Below are positions 1-9,499 of a stretch of 52,762 bases of DNA, piece after piece. Below the pieces are notes generated by a model. That model was not told the DNA's origin. It searched no databases and saw only the letters and a list, made by a program, of their open reading frames with translations. This DNA is from Candidatus Sumerlaeales bacterium. GTDB lineage: Bacteria; Sumerlaeota; Sumerlaeia; Sumerlaeales; Sumerlaeaceae. The stretch's first letter is position 1, and the number at the start of each line of letters is the position of its first letter. The stretch is from NCBI GenBank assembly GCA_038243585.1, contig JBBSQY010000020.1, positions 1 through 52,762 on the forward strand, written 5' to 3'. The translations under genes were made by a program, and so were the position numbers.

Positions 1-2
1 AA

Positions 3-119
3 ATCATCCTATCCTACTTTAAGGACACCGTAGGTGAAGTCCGTCCCCTTATCACCCTCAACAGCGTAACCTTTCGTAATATAGAAACCGCCGACAACGC
101 AACAACGGCACCGATGTAA
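3..119 (+). CDS. 3' end of a gene running in from the left edge (…IILSYFKDTVGEVRPLITLNSVTFRNIETADNATTAPM*); product unknown
   Basis: Open frame from position 3 to TAA at 117-119, ending 12 nt before the next ATG. Confidence 0.55.
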   Translation: MILSYFKDTVGEVRPLITLNSVTFRNIETADNATTAPM

Positions 120-131
120 ACCGTGAATTGA

Positions 132-578
132 ATGTCAACCATGCACCCAACGCCATCTGAAGACTTGACAGCTCCCCCGCCCGGCCCCATACTTTTTTAC
201 GATGGCGACTGTGGGATTTGCGCGGGTAGCGTCGGGTTTGTGCTGCGTCATGAGCATGAGCCTTTACTGAAATTCGCGCCGCTACAGGGCCCGACCGCCG
301 CGGCTGTGCTAAGCCAGTCTCGTCTCCCTTCGGACATCGGAAAGAATACCATCGTCCTCTACGAAAATGGCCAATACCTCATCCGATCCCGCGCGGTTCT
401 ACGCACTCTCCAACACATGGGCGGCGGATGGAAACCCATCGCCAACCTGCTCAAAATGGTCCCCACGCCCCTCGCCGATCTCGCCTACAGATCATTCGCC
501 AGGATAAGAAAACACATTCCCGTTGGAAAAGCCTGCGCAATTCTGTCGCCTCATCAGCGCCACCGCTTCCTGCCTTGA
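132..578 (+). CDS. DCC1-like (DUF393) thiol-disulfide oxidoreductase
   Basis: ILFYDGDCGICAGSV DxxCxxC motif, FAPLQ, RSRAVL and AYRSFARIR segments typical of the family. Confidence 0.9.
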   Translation: MSTMHPTPSEDLTAPPPGPILFYDGDCGICAGSVGFVLRHEHEPLLKFAPLQGPTAAAVLSQSRLPSDIGKNTIVLYENGQYLIRSRAVLRTLQHMGGGWKPIANLLKMVPTPLADLAYRSFARIRKHIPVGKACAILSPHQRHRFLP

Positions 579-590
579 TCGCCCCCGCGT

Positions 591-1427
591 TTATTTAAGC
601 GCGTCGTCAATCCGCCGAAGCCGGTCCAGCAGGTCTGCCAGCCGTTCAATCGGCAAGTTATTAGGTCCGTCGCTAAGCGCATTATCCGGATCATTATGGG
701 TTTCAACAAACAGCGCATCAATGCCCGTCGCCACGGCCGCTCGCGACAGCGGCTCGATAAACTGCCGCTGGCCGCCACTGCTCGCGCCCAACCCCCCCGG
801 CAGTTGCACGCTGTGAGTTGCGTCGAACACAACGGGATACCCAAAACCCCGCATCACAGCCAGTGAACGCATATCGCTGACAAGATTGTTATAGCCAAAC
901 GACGCCCCCCGCTCGGTCAGCAAAATATTTTCGTTCCCAACCGAGGCGATTTTGTCGCACACGTTTTTCATATCCCAGGGCGCAAGGAACTGCCCCTTCT
1001 TCACATTCACCGGCTTACCCGTGCGGGCCGCCGCCAGGATAAAATCCGTCTGACGACAAAGAAACGCCGGGATCTGCAAAATGTCGGCCACTTCGGCAAC
1101 CGGCGCAATCTGATCTTCCGTGTGGATGTCCGTGACAACCGGCACGCCGAGAGTCTGTTTAACTTCCGCAAGCACGGCCAGCCCCTCATCCATTCCCGGT
1201 CCGCGATAGCTGGCCCCCGAACTGCGATTCGCTTTGTCAAAACTCGCCTTGAAAATATAATCAAAGCCCGCCGCTTTGGCGATAGCAGCGATTTTCTCAC
1301 CAAGAAAAAGCGCGTGGTCGCGAGACTCAATCACGCAAGGCCCGGCGATCAGGGTAACCCCGCCGCCGCCAATATCCACGGAGTTGCCAATACGCACGGT
1401 TTTTACAGAAGGTTTACAAGTCATCAT
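591..1427 (-). CDS. kdsA: 3-deoxy-8-phosphooctulonate (KDO8P) synthase
   Basis: [53 protein letters not shown] motifs. Confidence 0.98.
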   Translation of the reverse strand: MMTCKPSVKTVRIGNSVDIGGGGVTLIAGPCVIESRDHALFLGEKIAAIAKAAGFDYIFKASFDKANRSSGASYRGPGMDEGLAVLAEVKQTLGVPVVTDIHTEDQIAPVAEVADILQIPAFLCRQTDFILAAARTGKPVNVKKGQFLAPWDMKNVCDKIASVGNENILLTERGASFGYNNLVSDMRSLAVMRGFGYPVVFDATHSVQLPGGLGASSGGQRQFIEPLSRAAVATGIDALFVETHNDPDNALSDGPNNLPIERLADLLDRLRRIDDALK

Positions 1428-1542
1428 AAGAACAGCTTAAAATCCATTTCAGTTGATTACATTTATAACGGCAAACTGTCGGCCCAACATTCAAGACCGC
1501 TCAGGACTGACCGTTGAGGTTATAATAGTGCAAGTCTATCAG

Positions 1543-2421
1543 CTAATCCCAATCCGTATCCCGGCTCGATTTTTCCACTAGCGTCACTCTAAGAGTGCCT
1601 GTGGACGATTGTAATTCCGCATACTGCTCAGGCAGCGCTTCCAGTTGGAAAGAAAGAGAATCATCAACCGATATGCTACGTCCGGCGGCAGCTGTCATTG
1701 GGTTTTTGTAAAAATACGGAAACAAAAACCGGAAATACTCCCGCACAACTTCAAAATCGTCAATAGCCCCGTCTGCAAACAAAAGCTCAGGCAAATTAAA
1801 CAACGAGTGACCCCCTGAAAAAAACCAGGTTTTTCCCTCCACCTCAGCCGGCACAAAACCCACCAGCAAATTTGCCGGTTGAGCCTCCGTACGCAGGCTG
1901 TCCCACAAGGTGTAGACGTCATAATTGCCCAGCGCCGCTTCGGAATCATCCACAGCCCAGGCCCGCGGGCCCTGGCCATTGGTTTCCGCCAGCGTCTGTA
2001 AATCCGACGCCAGAACGCAAAGTCCGCTGGCCGGAAGACAAAGCGCCCAGCCGCCACCATCTCGACACATCGCCATTCCCATCTTAAGGATGGCAATTAA
2101 CTTCTCCATAGGTTTGCCCGGAGAAGTCGCGGTGCATTCAAATATGGCGTGCCCGCCGTGCATCATCAGGCGCTCCCGGATTTTCTCATCCATATCCGCC
2201 ATACCGATGCTCGACACTGCCATCTCCGACGACATTTCGCCCGGATAGGAGGACAGCGTGCCCTCAATTCCCCCGGCAGCAATCAACACCGTACCCGGTC
2301 TGGCCGCCGGACGAACGCTCACAGGCACCCCCGGTTCCAGCGCCCTCATGTCCGCTTCCAGCAAGCCCACGTCCAACACGGGAGCATTTTCAAACAGCAC
2401 TATGCCAACAAAATCATCCAT
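1543..2421 (-). CDS. hypothetical acidic protein
   Basis: 292-aa ORF co-oriented between fabG and kdsA, fills the gap; no motif recognised with confidence. Confidence 0.75.
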   Translation of the reverse strand: MDDFVGIVLFENAPVLDVGLLEADMRALEPGVPVSVRPAARPGTVLIAAGGIEGTLSSYPGEMSSEMAVSSIGMADMDEKIRERLMMHGGHAIFECTATSPGKPMEKLIAILKMGMAMCRDGGGWALCLPASGLCVLASDLQTLAETNGQGPRAWAVDDSEAALGNYDVYTLWDSLRTEAQPANLLVGFVPAEVEGKTWFFSGGHSLFNLPELLFADGAIDDFEVVREYFRFLFPYFYKNPMTAAAGRSISVDDSLSFQLEALPEQYAELQSSTGTLRVTLVEKSSRDTDWD

Positions 2422-2451
2422 AATAAGTTATCTCAAGCCCAGGTGCGACCC

Positions 2452-3201
2452 TTAGCGCATTGAAATTCCACCATCCACAATCAGTGTCGACCCCGTCACA
2501 TAACGGCCCATATCACTAGCCAGGTAAATGGCAGCATTGGCGATATCCGCCGGCTCCCCAAAATGACCCAGGGGAATTTCCTTCGTCACCTGCTCCTTGA
2601 TCTTCTCATCCAAGGCGTTGGTCATGTCACTGACCGTAAATCCGGGCGCGATCGCATTGACACGAATGCCGCGGGCAGCCAGTTCCCGAGCCAGGGATTT
2701 TGTAAATCCAATCAACCCGGCCTTGCTCGCTGCATAATTTGTCTGCCCCGCCTGGCCAATAATTCCAGAGACGCTGCTCACATTGATAATGCACCCGGTC
2801 CGGGCCTTCATCATGGGGCGACACACCGCCTTGCAGGTCGCATAAGCAGACTTCAGATTCGTCGCAATTACAGAGTCCCAGGCATCCTCATCCATGCGCA
2901 TTAACAGCGTATCCCGTGTAATGCCGGCGTTATTAACCAGAATATCCACTTTACCAAACGCCTTAACTGCTTCGTCTATTAAACGATCGCAATCCGCCAC
3001 CTTCGAAATATCCGCCTGCACGGCAATAGCTTTCCGACCCAGACCTTCGACATAATCCACAAGATCCTGACACGGCGTACTGTTATAATTAACCACGAGA
3101 TCGGCGCCTGCGCGGGCAAATTCTTCGGCAATAGCACGACCAAGCCCGCGGCTGGCCCCCGTTACCACGGCCACTTTTCCTTCAAGACTAATTGTTTTCA
3201 T
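2452..3201 (-). CDS. fabG: 3-oxoacyl-ACP reductase
   Basis: TGASRGLG, NNAGITRD, GQTNYAASKAG (YxxxK), IAPGF…SDMT motifs. Confidence 0.95.
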   Translation of the reverse strand: MKTISLEGKVAVVTGASRGLGRAIAEEFARAGADLVVNYNSTPCQDLVDYVEGLGRKAIAVQADISKVADCDRLIDEAVKAFGKVDILVNNAGITRDTLLMRMDEDAWDSVIATNLKSAYATCKAVCRPMMKARTGCIINVSSVSGIIGQAGQTNYAASKAGLIGFTKSLARELAARGIRVNAIAPGFTVSDMTNALDEKIKEQVTKEIPLGHFGEPADIANAAIYLASDMGRYVTGSTLIVDGGISMR

Positions 3202-3282
3202 GGCCCTGTTTCAAAGCATCAAAATGCACGAAATCAACAGGAATCGCACTGCAGTTGCGCTTACGTTTTACACGAGACTAAA

Positions 3283-4728
3283 CTAATCCACAATCCGAAA
3301 ATGCGAAAACTGGCCGAGATTGTCATACCATTTATCAGCCCCATTCAGGTCTTCCGCCAAAACTTCCGCCGCGCGAATCCCCATCAACATACTGTGATCC
3401 ATGTTGTTGTGGTTAAAAAGCCCCTGCCTGCCAGTGGTGACAAGGTTCTTCACCGGACGCAGATAATCACACACGGTTTGCAGATTGTCCCTGAAATCTT
3501 TCGTGTAGAGCGGATACGTATGAGGCACCCGAAGCGCCGCCGCGTCGTTTATGTCAGCCTCGGTGAACACCCCTGTCGAAATCGCGTCGCCGATTACATG
3601 CCGGATGATCTCATCGTTCGACTTTTTCCAGATGTCAGAACTCCACCGCGCCGTTACTTCGAACACCAGCATACTTTGTCCTTCCGGTTTCATGGAAGGA
3701 TCAAAATTCCCCGGTTCATAAGCGCGGTTAAACACAAGCCCCGGCTCTGGAAAATAAATCCATGAATTTCGCGTCACCTGCGGACGATTCACCATCACAG
3801 CCACAAGAATCAGCCCGATAAACTCCATCCTGTCCGCTGCAGCCATGGCAGCAGACGGATCACCCGTAGACAATTCTCCGCTGGTTACCATCTCTGCCAG
3901 ATCCGTCACGGGCACCGTCGATATCACCGCATCAACAGGAACCGGCGGCGTGCAGGCGTGAGTAACAATGTGACTCACGCGCCCAGATGCCCCAGCCAAC
4001 CCCGTCACGATACAATCTGTGATAATCACTCCGCCAGCATCTTCCACTTTCGCCCGCAGGTTCTCCACCAGCCCCTGCACCCCACCCTTGATATACGAAA
4101 AACTTTTCAAAGAAGTCGGCCGCGCCGGCTCCTTCTTACCCCGGCTAAACCACTGACTCATTAGCTTGCTCGCGTTGCCCGCGCTCACCCGCACCCGGGC
4201 CACTTCTTCGCTCAGCTCCGCCGGCTTGATCTTCCAAACCTTCTCCGTATATGGGCCAATGATCATATTATACACACCCCGGCCAAACGCCCGGATCATT
4301 GCCTCTTCATAATCCGCCGCCGTGACACCCGTCAACGCCCGCGCTTTGCCCTGGGCCATCCCCGCCGCCAGTTCCGCCATTTTCACGGGACCCATATTCC
4401 GCAGCAGTTCCGTGGCCCGAATCGGATACTGATAAAAATGCCCATTCAAGAGAAGCTCGCTCTCCCGTTGGACCGTCAGCATCTGCTCCTGGTTGATCAG
4501 CTCCGGCAACAGCGCCTGAATCTCCGGCAGCTCCGTAAACACCCGGTGTGGCCCCAGGTCCGCCGTAAACGTGCCCAGCTTCCACGCCGATGCCAGCCCG
4601 CCCGGTTTCTCCCCTTCTTCCAGAAGAGTGATCTGCCAATCCGGATGCAGCTGCAACAAGCGGTAAGCCGCAGCTAACCCCGCTACTCCGGCACCAAGTA
4701 TTGCAATATGCGGCGGGTGGTCAGTCAA
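3283..4728 (-). CDS. FAD-dependent oxidoreductase (protoporphyrinogen oxidase/UDP-galactopyranose mutase-like family)
   Basis: IAILGAGVAG dinucleotide motif, DLGPHRVF, C-terminal GRQGLF…NNMDHSM. Start moved to the TTG at 4728 that overlaps the pyk stop; the ORF-track start at 4821 lies inside pyk. Confidence 0.85.
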   Translation of the reverse strand: MTDHPPHIAILGAGVAGLAAAYRLLQLHPDWQITLLEEGEKPGGLASAWKLGTFTADLGPHRVFTELPEIQALLPELINQEQMLTVQRESELLLNGHFYQYPIRATELLRNMGPVKMAELAAGMAQGKARALTGVTAADYEEAMIRAFGRGVYNMIIGPYTEKVWKIKPAELSEEVARVRVSAGNASKLMSQWFSRGKKEPARPTSLKSFSYIKGGVQGLVENLRAKVEDAGGVIITDCIVTGLAGASGRVSHIVTHACTPPVPVDAVISTVPVTDLAEMVTSGELSTGDPSAAMAAADRMEFIGLILVAVMVNRPQVTRNSWIYFPEPGLVFNRAYEPGNFDPSMKPEGQSMLVFEVTARWSSDIWKKSNDEIIRHVIGDAISTGVFTEADINDAAALRVPHTYPLYTKDFRDNLQTVCDYLRPVKNLVTTGRQGLFNHNNMDHSMLMGIRAAEVLAEDLNGADKWYDNLGQFSHFRIVD

Positions 4729-6166
4729 CTTCAACGACCCGCAAAAGATTAGTCGTGCCCGGCTGATGCAATGGCAAGCCCGCGATAACCACAACAACCT
4801 CTCCGGAGTGCAGCATTCCACGTTCCCGGAACAGGCTGATCGCTTTGCGAATCTGAACCTCCGCGCCCTGGCGTCGCTCTACCTCCACGTCCACCGCGCC
4901 CTCACGGGCCAGCGCCGTAACCCCCCACGAAAGACAAAGCTGCTGAGCCGTTCGCACCACCGGGCAATATGCCAGAATTCCCATCTCAGAGTGATAACGA
5001 GCCACCCGTCGCACGGTGCTGCCCCCCTGCGTGAGACATAGGATTTTCTTCGCTTTCACGTCGTTCGCGATCAACGCCGCCGAAGTCGTCATGGAATCCT
5101 GAATCGCGCTGTTTTCGTTTATGTGGCGATGGCTCAGCCAACGCTTATAGTTAAAATGGGTTTCCGTTTCTGCGGCGATCTTGTTCATGATGTGGATCGA
5201 CTCCAGCGGATATTTCCCCACCGCCGTCTCCCCGCTCAACATCACCGCGTCCGTTCCGTCCATGATTGCGTTCGCCACATCGGTTACTTCCGCACGTGTC
5301 GGGCGAGCGGATCGAATCATGGAATCCAGCATCTGCGTCGCCGTAATCACAGGCTTGCCCAGACGATTACACATCCGAACAACCTGTTTCTGAACGTGAG
5401 GCACCTTTTCCAGCGGTATCTCTACCCCAAGGTCCCCACGAGCCACCATCGCTCCGTCAGACACCTGCAAAATCTCTTCAATATTGGCAACCGCTTCGCT
5501 TTTTTCAATCTTGGAAATAAGCGGCAGACTACCCCCCAGGCTTTCCATAAACGCTCGCGCCTGGCGAACGTCATCCGCCGTCCGCACGAAACTAATGGCA
5601 AACATGTCGACGTCATTTTCCAGACCCCACTCAATATCCGCGCGATCCTTATCCGTTATGGCCGACAAATTAAGGTAGGTACTAGGAAGATTAAAACCTT
5701 TGCGGCTGCTGAGCAAACCGCCGCGCACAACCCGACATCGCACCAGGTTACCTTCAATTTCAATAATTTCCCACTCAAGCAGTCCGTCATCCAGCAGAAC
5801 CTGCTGACCAACTTTCACATCCTGAGCAAGCTTCTTGTAGCTGACACTCAGCAGCTCCGACGTGCCATCCACCTCATCCGGAGTCAACGTAATTACATGA
5901 CCGGCTTCAAGCGCCAACGGTCCCTCCGGAATATTTCCCACCCGGATTTTTGGTCCCGAGATATCGCAAAGGATCCCCGCCGGACGCCCAGCCTTAAGAC
6001 TGGCGGACCGAATTGCCCTCACCACTGCGGAATGGACTGAATGCTCGCCATGACTCATGTTCAGGCGAAAAACATCCACCCCGGCCTCAAATAGCTTCTC
6101 AATCATTTCCGGCGATTCAGTGGCCGGACCGATTGTGGCCACCACCTTTGTAAACACGTTATGCAT
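4721..6166 (-). CDS. pyk: pyruvate kinase
   Basis: TKVVATIGPA, RLNMSHG, MVARGDLGVE, ATQMLDSM, PTRAEVTDVANA, MLSGETA. Confidence 0.98.
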   Translation of the reverse strand: MHNVFTKVVATIGPATESPEMIEKLFEAGVDVFRLNMSHGEHSVHSAVVRAIRSASLKAGRPAGILCDISGPKIRVGNIPEGPLALEAGHVITLTPDEVDGTSELLSVSYKKLAQDVKVGQQVLLDDGLLEWEIIEIEGNLVRCRVVRGGLLSSRKGFNLPSTYLNLSAITDKDRADIEWGLENDVDMFAISFVRTADDVRQARAFMESLGGSLPLISKIEKSEAVANIEEILQVSDGAMVARGDLGVEIPLEKVPHVQKQVVRMCNRLGKPVITATQMLDSMIRSARPTRAEVTDVANAIMDGTDAVMLSGETAVGKYPLESIHIMNKIAAETETHFNYKRWLSHRHINENSAIQDSMTTSAALIANDVKAKKILCLTQGGSTVRRVARYHSEMGILAYCPVVRTAQQLCLSWGVTALAREGAVDVEVERRQGAEVQIRKAISLFRERGMLHSGEVVVVIAGLPLHQPGTTNLLRVVEVD

Positions 6167-6313
6167 CCAAGTCCCTTTGTCGTTGTTCAGGCCAATACAG
6201 TCAAGGCCGGTTTAATTTGCATTTGCTTTCCGGGGGCAATGCCGCTTTGGGCGACGACAGAACAATTTTGCCATTGACCCACACGCCGAGATTGCCGCCG
6301 CCTCGAGTTCCCT

Positions 6314-6531
6314 TCATTTAAAAAGCTTCAGGAAATCATCCGGTACGTCTTTCGTCCGCCGACGCCCCACCAGTTCCAATTCCAGAGCGGAAAGAATCCG
6401 AAAGATGGTATCCAGCTGAGTATTGGTGTCCCCCGACTCCACGCTGGAAATAGTGACCTGCCGTCGACGTTCGCGCCGCAGCGCCGCAGCGCCGCCCCCA
6501 GCTGTTTTGACAACCGCGTCAAAGTTTCCAT
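6314..6531 (-). pseudogene. degraded HipB-like (XRE HTH) regulator/antitoxin
   Basis: ATG 6531 gives METLTRLSKQLGAALRR; a different frame continues ERRRQVTISSVESGDTNTQLDTIFRILSALELEL. The frames are joined by a GCGGCGCT tandem octamer and the middle HTH helix is missing. Confidence 0.75.
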
Positions 6532-6554
6532 CAGACCACCCAAAAAAATCCATT

Positions 6555-6599
6555 CATACGCAATAACGTATATTCGCTTATTATACGCAGAGGCGCATA
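6555..6599. promoter_or_regulatory. two 18-bp imperfect palindromes, putative operators of the hipB-like gene
   Basis: cATACG-caataa-CGTATa (6555-6572) and TATACG-cagagg-CGCATA (6582-6599), 9 bp apart, directly upstream of ATG 6531. Confidence 0.6.
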
Positions 6600-6691
6600 A
6601 TTTATAATAAGACCAGCAGTGCCTCACATCCCATATTGGGCCCCTTAATCACTGTCGAACAATCCGGAAAAACCTTTCATAATGAAGCCCG

Positions 6692-6707
6692 TGGCACAAT
6701 AACGGCT
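6692..6707 (+). promoter_or_regulatory. possible sigma54 (-24/-12) promoter
   Basis: TGGCACAATAACGGCT has GG-N10-GC spacing and a perfect TGGCAC, but lacks the TT before GC. Confidence 0.35.
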
Positions 6708-6720
6708 AAACTTATGCCGC

Positions 6721-7716
6721 ATGAAGAAAACGCACCGCCGTATAGGCTATCACGCTTCCCACGAGCAAATCCCGCCAGGGCAGCTTCTGGAATATGTTAT
6801 TGCAGCCGAATCCGCTGGCTTTCAGGCCGCGATGTGCTCCGACCATCTTTTCCCATGGAGTCAAACCCAAGGCCACAGCGGCTTTGCATGGTCCTGGCTT
6901 GGTGCCGCGCTCCAGGCGACGTCCCTTTCATTCGGGGTTGTAAACGCTCCGGGATATCGCTATAACCCCGTCATTATTGCCCAGGCTGCGGCGACTCTGT
7001 CAGAGATGTTTCCTGAGCGTTTCTGGATCGCAGTCGGCAGCGGCGAGGCAATGAATGAACATATAACCGGCGAAGCTTGGCCCACCAAAGACCTTCGCAA
7101 CGCACGACTTCGCGAGTGTGTAGATGTCATGCGTGCGCTCTGGGCAGGCGAACGGGTTACCCATAGAGGACTGATAACCGTCCTCGAGGCCCAGGTGTAT
7201 AGCCTGCCTCAACAGCCACCATTGGTGGTCGGTGCCGCTATTACCGAAAAGACGGCCCGTTGGATGGGAGAATGGGCCGACGCCCTCATCACCGCCGGCC
7301 AGCCCCGCGAAACCCTGAAGCGCGTTATCGGTGCCTTCCGCGAAAACGGCGGAGAATCAAAGCCGATTATACTCCAGCAAAAAATATCCTACGCTGCGGA
7401 TGAAGCCCTGGCCCTCCGCGAGGCCCACGAGCAATGGCGCACCAATATCTTCAGCAGCGGCCCTCTGTCCGATATGCGACTGCCCGAGCAGTTTGAAGCC
7501 GTCGGCGAGTTCGTCACTCCGGACCAGATAGCCGAAAAAGTCCGCATTTCATCAAATTTGGAACAGCACGCTGACTGGATCATGCAGGATTTCGAGCTTG
7601 GATTCACCGACATCTACCTCCACAACGTAAACTTGCAACAGACCGCGTTTATCGAGGCTTTTGGCGAGCACGTGCTTCCAAAAGTAAAACGCGAATTAGA
7701 ATCTCAGGAGCAATAA
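6721..7716 (+). CDS. LLM-class (luciferase-like) flavin/F420-type oxidoreductase
   Basis: IGYHASHEQ, SDHLFPWS, FAWSWLGA, GSGEAMNEHITG; the family is commonly adjacent to TreS-like genes. Confidence 0.9.
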   Translation: MKKTHRRIGYHASHEQIPPGQLLEYVIAAESAGFQAAMCSDHLFPWSQTQGHSGFAWSWLGAALQATSLSFGVVNAPGYRYNPVIIAQAAATLSEMFPERFWIAVGSGEAMNEHITGEAWPTKDLRNARLRECVDVMRALWAGERVTHRGLITVLEAQVYSLPQQPPLVVGAAITEKTARWMGEWADALITAGQPRETLKRVIGAFRENGGESKPIILQQKISYAADEALALREAHEQWRTNIFSSGPLSDMRLPEQFEAVGEFVTPDQIAEKVRISSNLEQHADWIMQDFELGFTDIYLHNVNLQQTAFIEAFGEHVLPKVKRELESQEQ

Positions 7717-9347
7717 TGTCAAATCTCTGGTACAAAGACGCAATCATCTATAGCATGGATGTGGAAAATTTCTACGACAGCAATGGCGACGGTATAGGGG
7801 ATTTCCAGGGACTGAAAAAGCAGCTTCCCTACATCGCCGGAATGGGGTTCAACTGCATCTGGCTCATGCCATTTTTCCCAACTCCAAACCGAGACGATGG
7901 CTACGACGTAATGGACTATTTCACCGTCGACCCCCGCTATGGGACGCTGGGTGATTTTGTAGATTTCATGCACGCTGCCAAGGAGCTTGGCATTCGCGTT
8001 ATCACCGATCTTGTGGTCAACCACACCTCAGACCAGCATCCCTGGTTCCAGGCGGCCAGGAAAGACAAAAAGTCACCTTACCGCGACTACTATATGTGGT
8101 CAACCAACAAGCCTGACAATGCAGACGAGGGCATGGTGTTTCCAGGCGTTCAGAAAACCACATGGACCTATGATCGAACCGCAAAGGCCTACTATTTTCA
8201 TCGGTTCTACGAACATCAGCCCGACCTCAATATGGAGAATCCGAAGGTCCGCGAAGAAATATGCCGTGTCATCGGGTTCTGGCTTGAGCTGGGAGTATCC
8301 GGTTTCCGAGTCGATGCCGCTCCTTTCATTTTGGAATCAAAAACTCTGACCGACGGCGTTGCTGATCCGTTCAGCTACTTTAAAGAGTTCCGGGAATACA
8401 TGGTCTGGCGTCGTGGAGACGCTATTATGTTAGCCGAGGCTAATGTTGCGATGGACAAAATCGGCAACTACTTTGGCCAGGGCGACCTGATGCAGATGCT
8501 GTTCAATTTCATCTTGAACCAGCACCTGTTTCTTGCACTCGCGCGAGAAAATGCACAGACGCTGCTCGAGGCGATCCACCTGCCTCCGCCAATCTACCAT
8601 ACCTGCCAATGGGCTAACTTCCTGCGCAACCACGACGAACTCGACCTCGGCCGCCTGAGCGATGCGCAACGCAAGGAAGTCTACCAGGCTTTTGGACCAA
8701 AAAAAACGATGCAGCTTTACGATCGTGGCATTCGTCGCCGTCTGGCTCCCATGCTCGACGGTGATCCGGCGCGCCTGCGCTTAGCTTACAGCCTGCTCCT
8801 AACAACGCCTGGCACTCCAGTCATATATTATGGCGATGAACTCGGTATGGGCGAAGACCTGAGCTTGAAAGAACGCGACAGCGTTCGCACGGTGATGCAG
8901 TGGTCGGCCGATCGCCACGCTGGGTTTTCCACTTACGAAAAGGATAAGTTGCCGCAGGATCTGATCGACGATGGCCCGTTTCGATACCAGATCGTTAACG
9001 TCGAAAGCGCGCAGCGCCAGCCAGACTCACTCCTCAACTGGATGGAACACGCCATCCGAGTGCGGCGCGAGTGTCCGGAATTCGGCAACGGAACCTGGAC
9101 CGCAGTGGAAACCTCGAATGTGGCGGCATTCGCCGTGTGCTGTTCCTCAAAAGCGGGAACCATCGTAACGGTGCATAACCTCTCCAGAAAGCCGGCGAAA
9201 GTAAAACTGGACCTGAGCGATGTTCCGTTTGAGTCGTTGACGGATTTGCTAACAGATGGACCCTACAAGCCAATTTCCAAAAAGCCAAACGAGTTCACCC
9301 TTAACCCCAGCGGCTACCGCTGGATCAGGCTCCACCCTGAAAGATAG
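7716..9347 (+). CDS. GH13 trehalose synthase-like/alpha-amylase family protein
   Basis: DSNGDGIGDF, DDGYD, VVNHTS, GFRVDAAP, EAN, FLRNHDEL, GIRRRLAPM; TAATG overlap with the upstream gene; no fused maltokinase domain. Confidence 0.92.
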   Translation: MSNLWYKDAIIYSMDVENFYDSNGDGIGDFQGLKKQLPYIAGMGFNCIWLMPFFPTPNRDDGYDVMDYFTVDPRYGTLGDFVDFMHAAKELGIRVITDLVVNHTSDQHPWFQAARKDKKSPYRDYYMWSTNKPDNADEGMVFPGVQKTTWTYDRTAKAYYFHRFYEHQPDLNMENPKVREEICRVIGFWLELGVSGFRVDAAPFILESKTLTDGVADPFSYFKEFREYMVWRRGDAIMLAEANVAMDKIGNYFGQGDLMQMLFNFILNQHLFLALARENAQTLLEAIHLPPPIYHTCQWANFLRNHDELDLGRLSDAQRKEVYQAFGPKKTMQLYDRGIRRRLAPMLDGDPARLRLAYSLLLTTPGTPVIYYGDELGMGEDLSLKERDSVRTVMQWSADRHAGFSTYEKDKLPQDLIDDGPFRYQIVNVESAQRQPDSLLNWMEHAIRVRRECPEFGNGTWTAVETSNVAAFAVCCSSKAGTIVTVHNLSRKPAKVKLDLSDVPFESLTDLLTDGPYKPISKKPNEFTLNPSGYRWIRLHPER

Positions 9348-9479
9348 AGATGGCTCGCCGAGCTGTCCGCTTCAGATCATCTCACAAGGTAGGGATGGCT
9401 CGCCGAGCCGTCCGCTTCAGATCATCTCGCAAGGTAGGGATGGCTCGCCGAGCCGTCCGAACTCGCCGAACCGTCCGCA
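9344..9479 (+). repeat. tandem array of GTAG REP-like palindromes, 45-bp period (family A)
   Basis: GTAGGGATGGCTCGCCGAGCCGTCCG units at 9344 (degenerate), 9389 and 9434 with near-identical linkers, plus a partial unit; lies between convergent genes. Confidence 0.9.
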
Positions 9480-9499
9480 GCATTTAACCTATATCGGAA

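Noticed and set aside
5123..6040. Long antisense ORFs (also 21556-22332, 18359-19042, 16450-17124, 11405-12091)
   Set aside because: Shadow frames opposite well-supported genes in GC-rich DNA.
9344..9479. Possible mini CRISPR array
   Set aside because: Spacers are near-identical and short, units start with GTAG and recur elsewhere, and there are no cas genes; it is a REP-like array.
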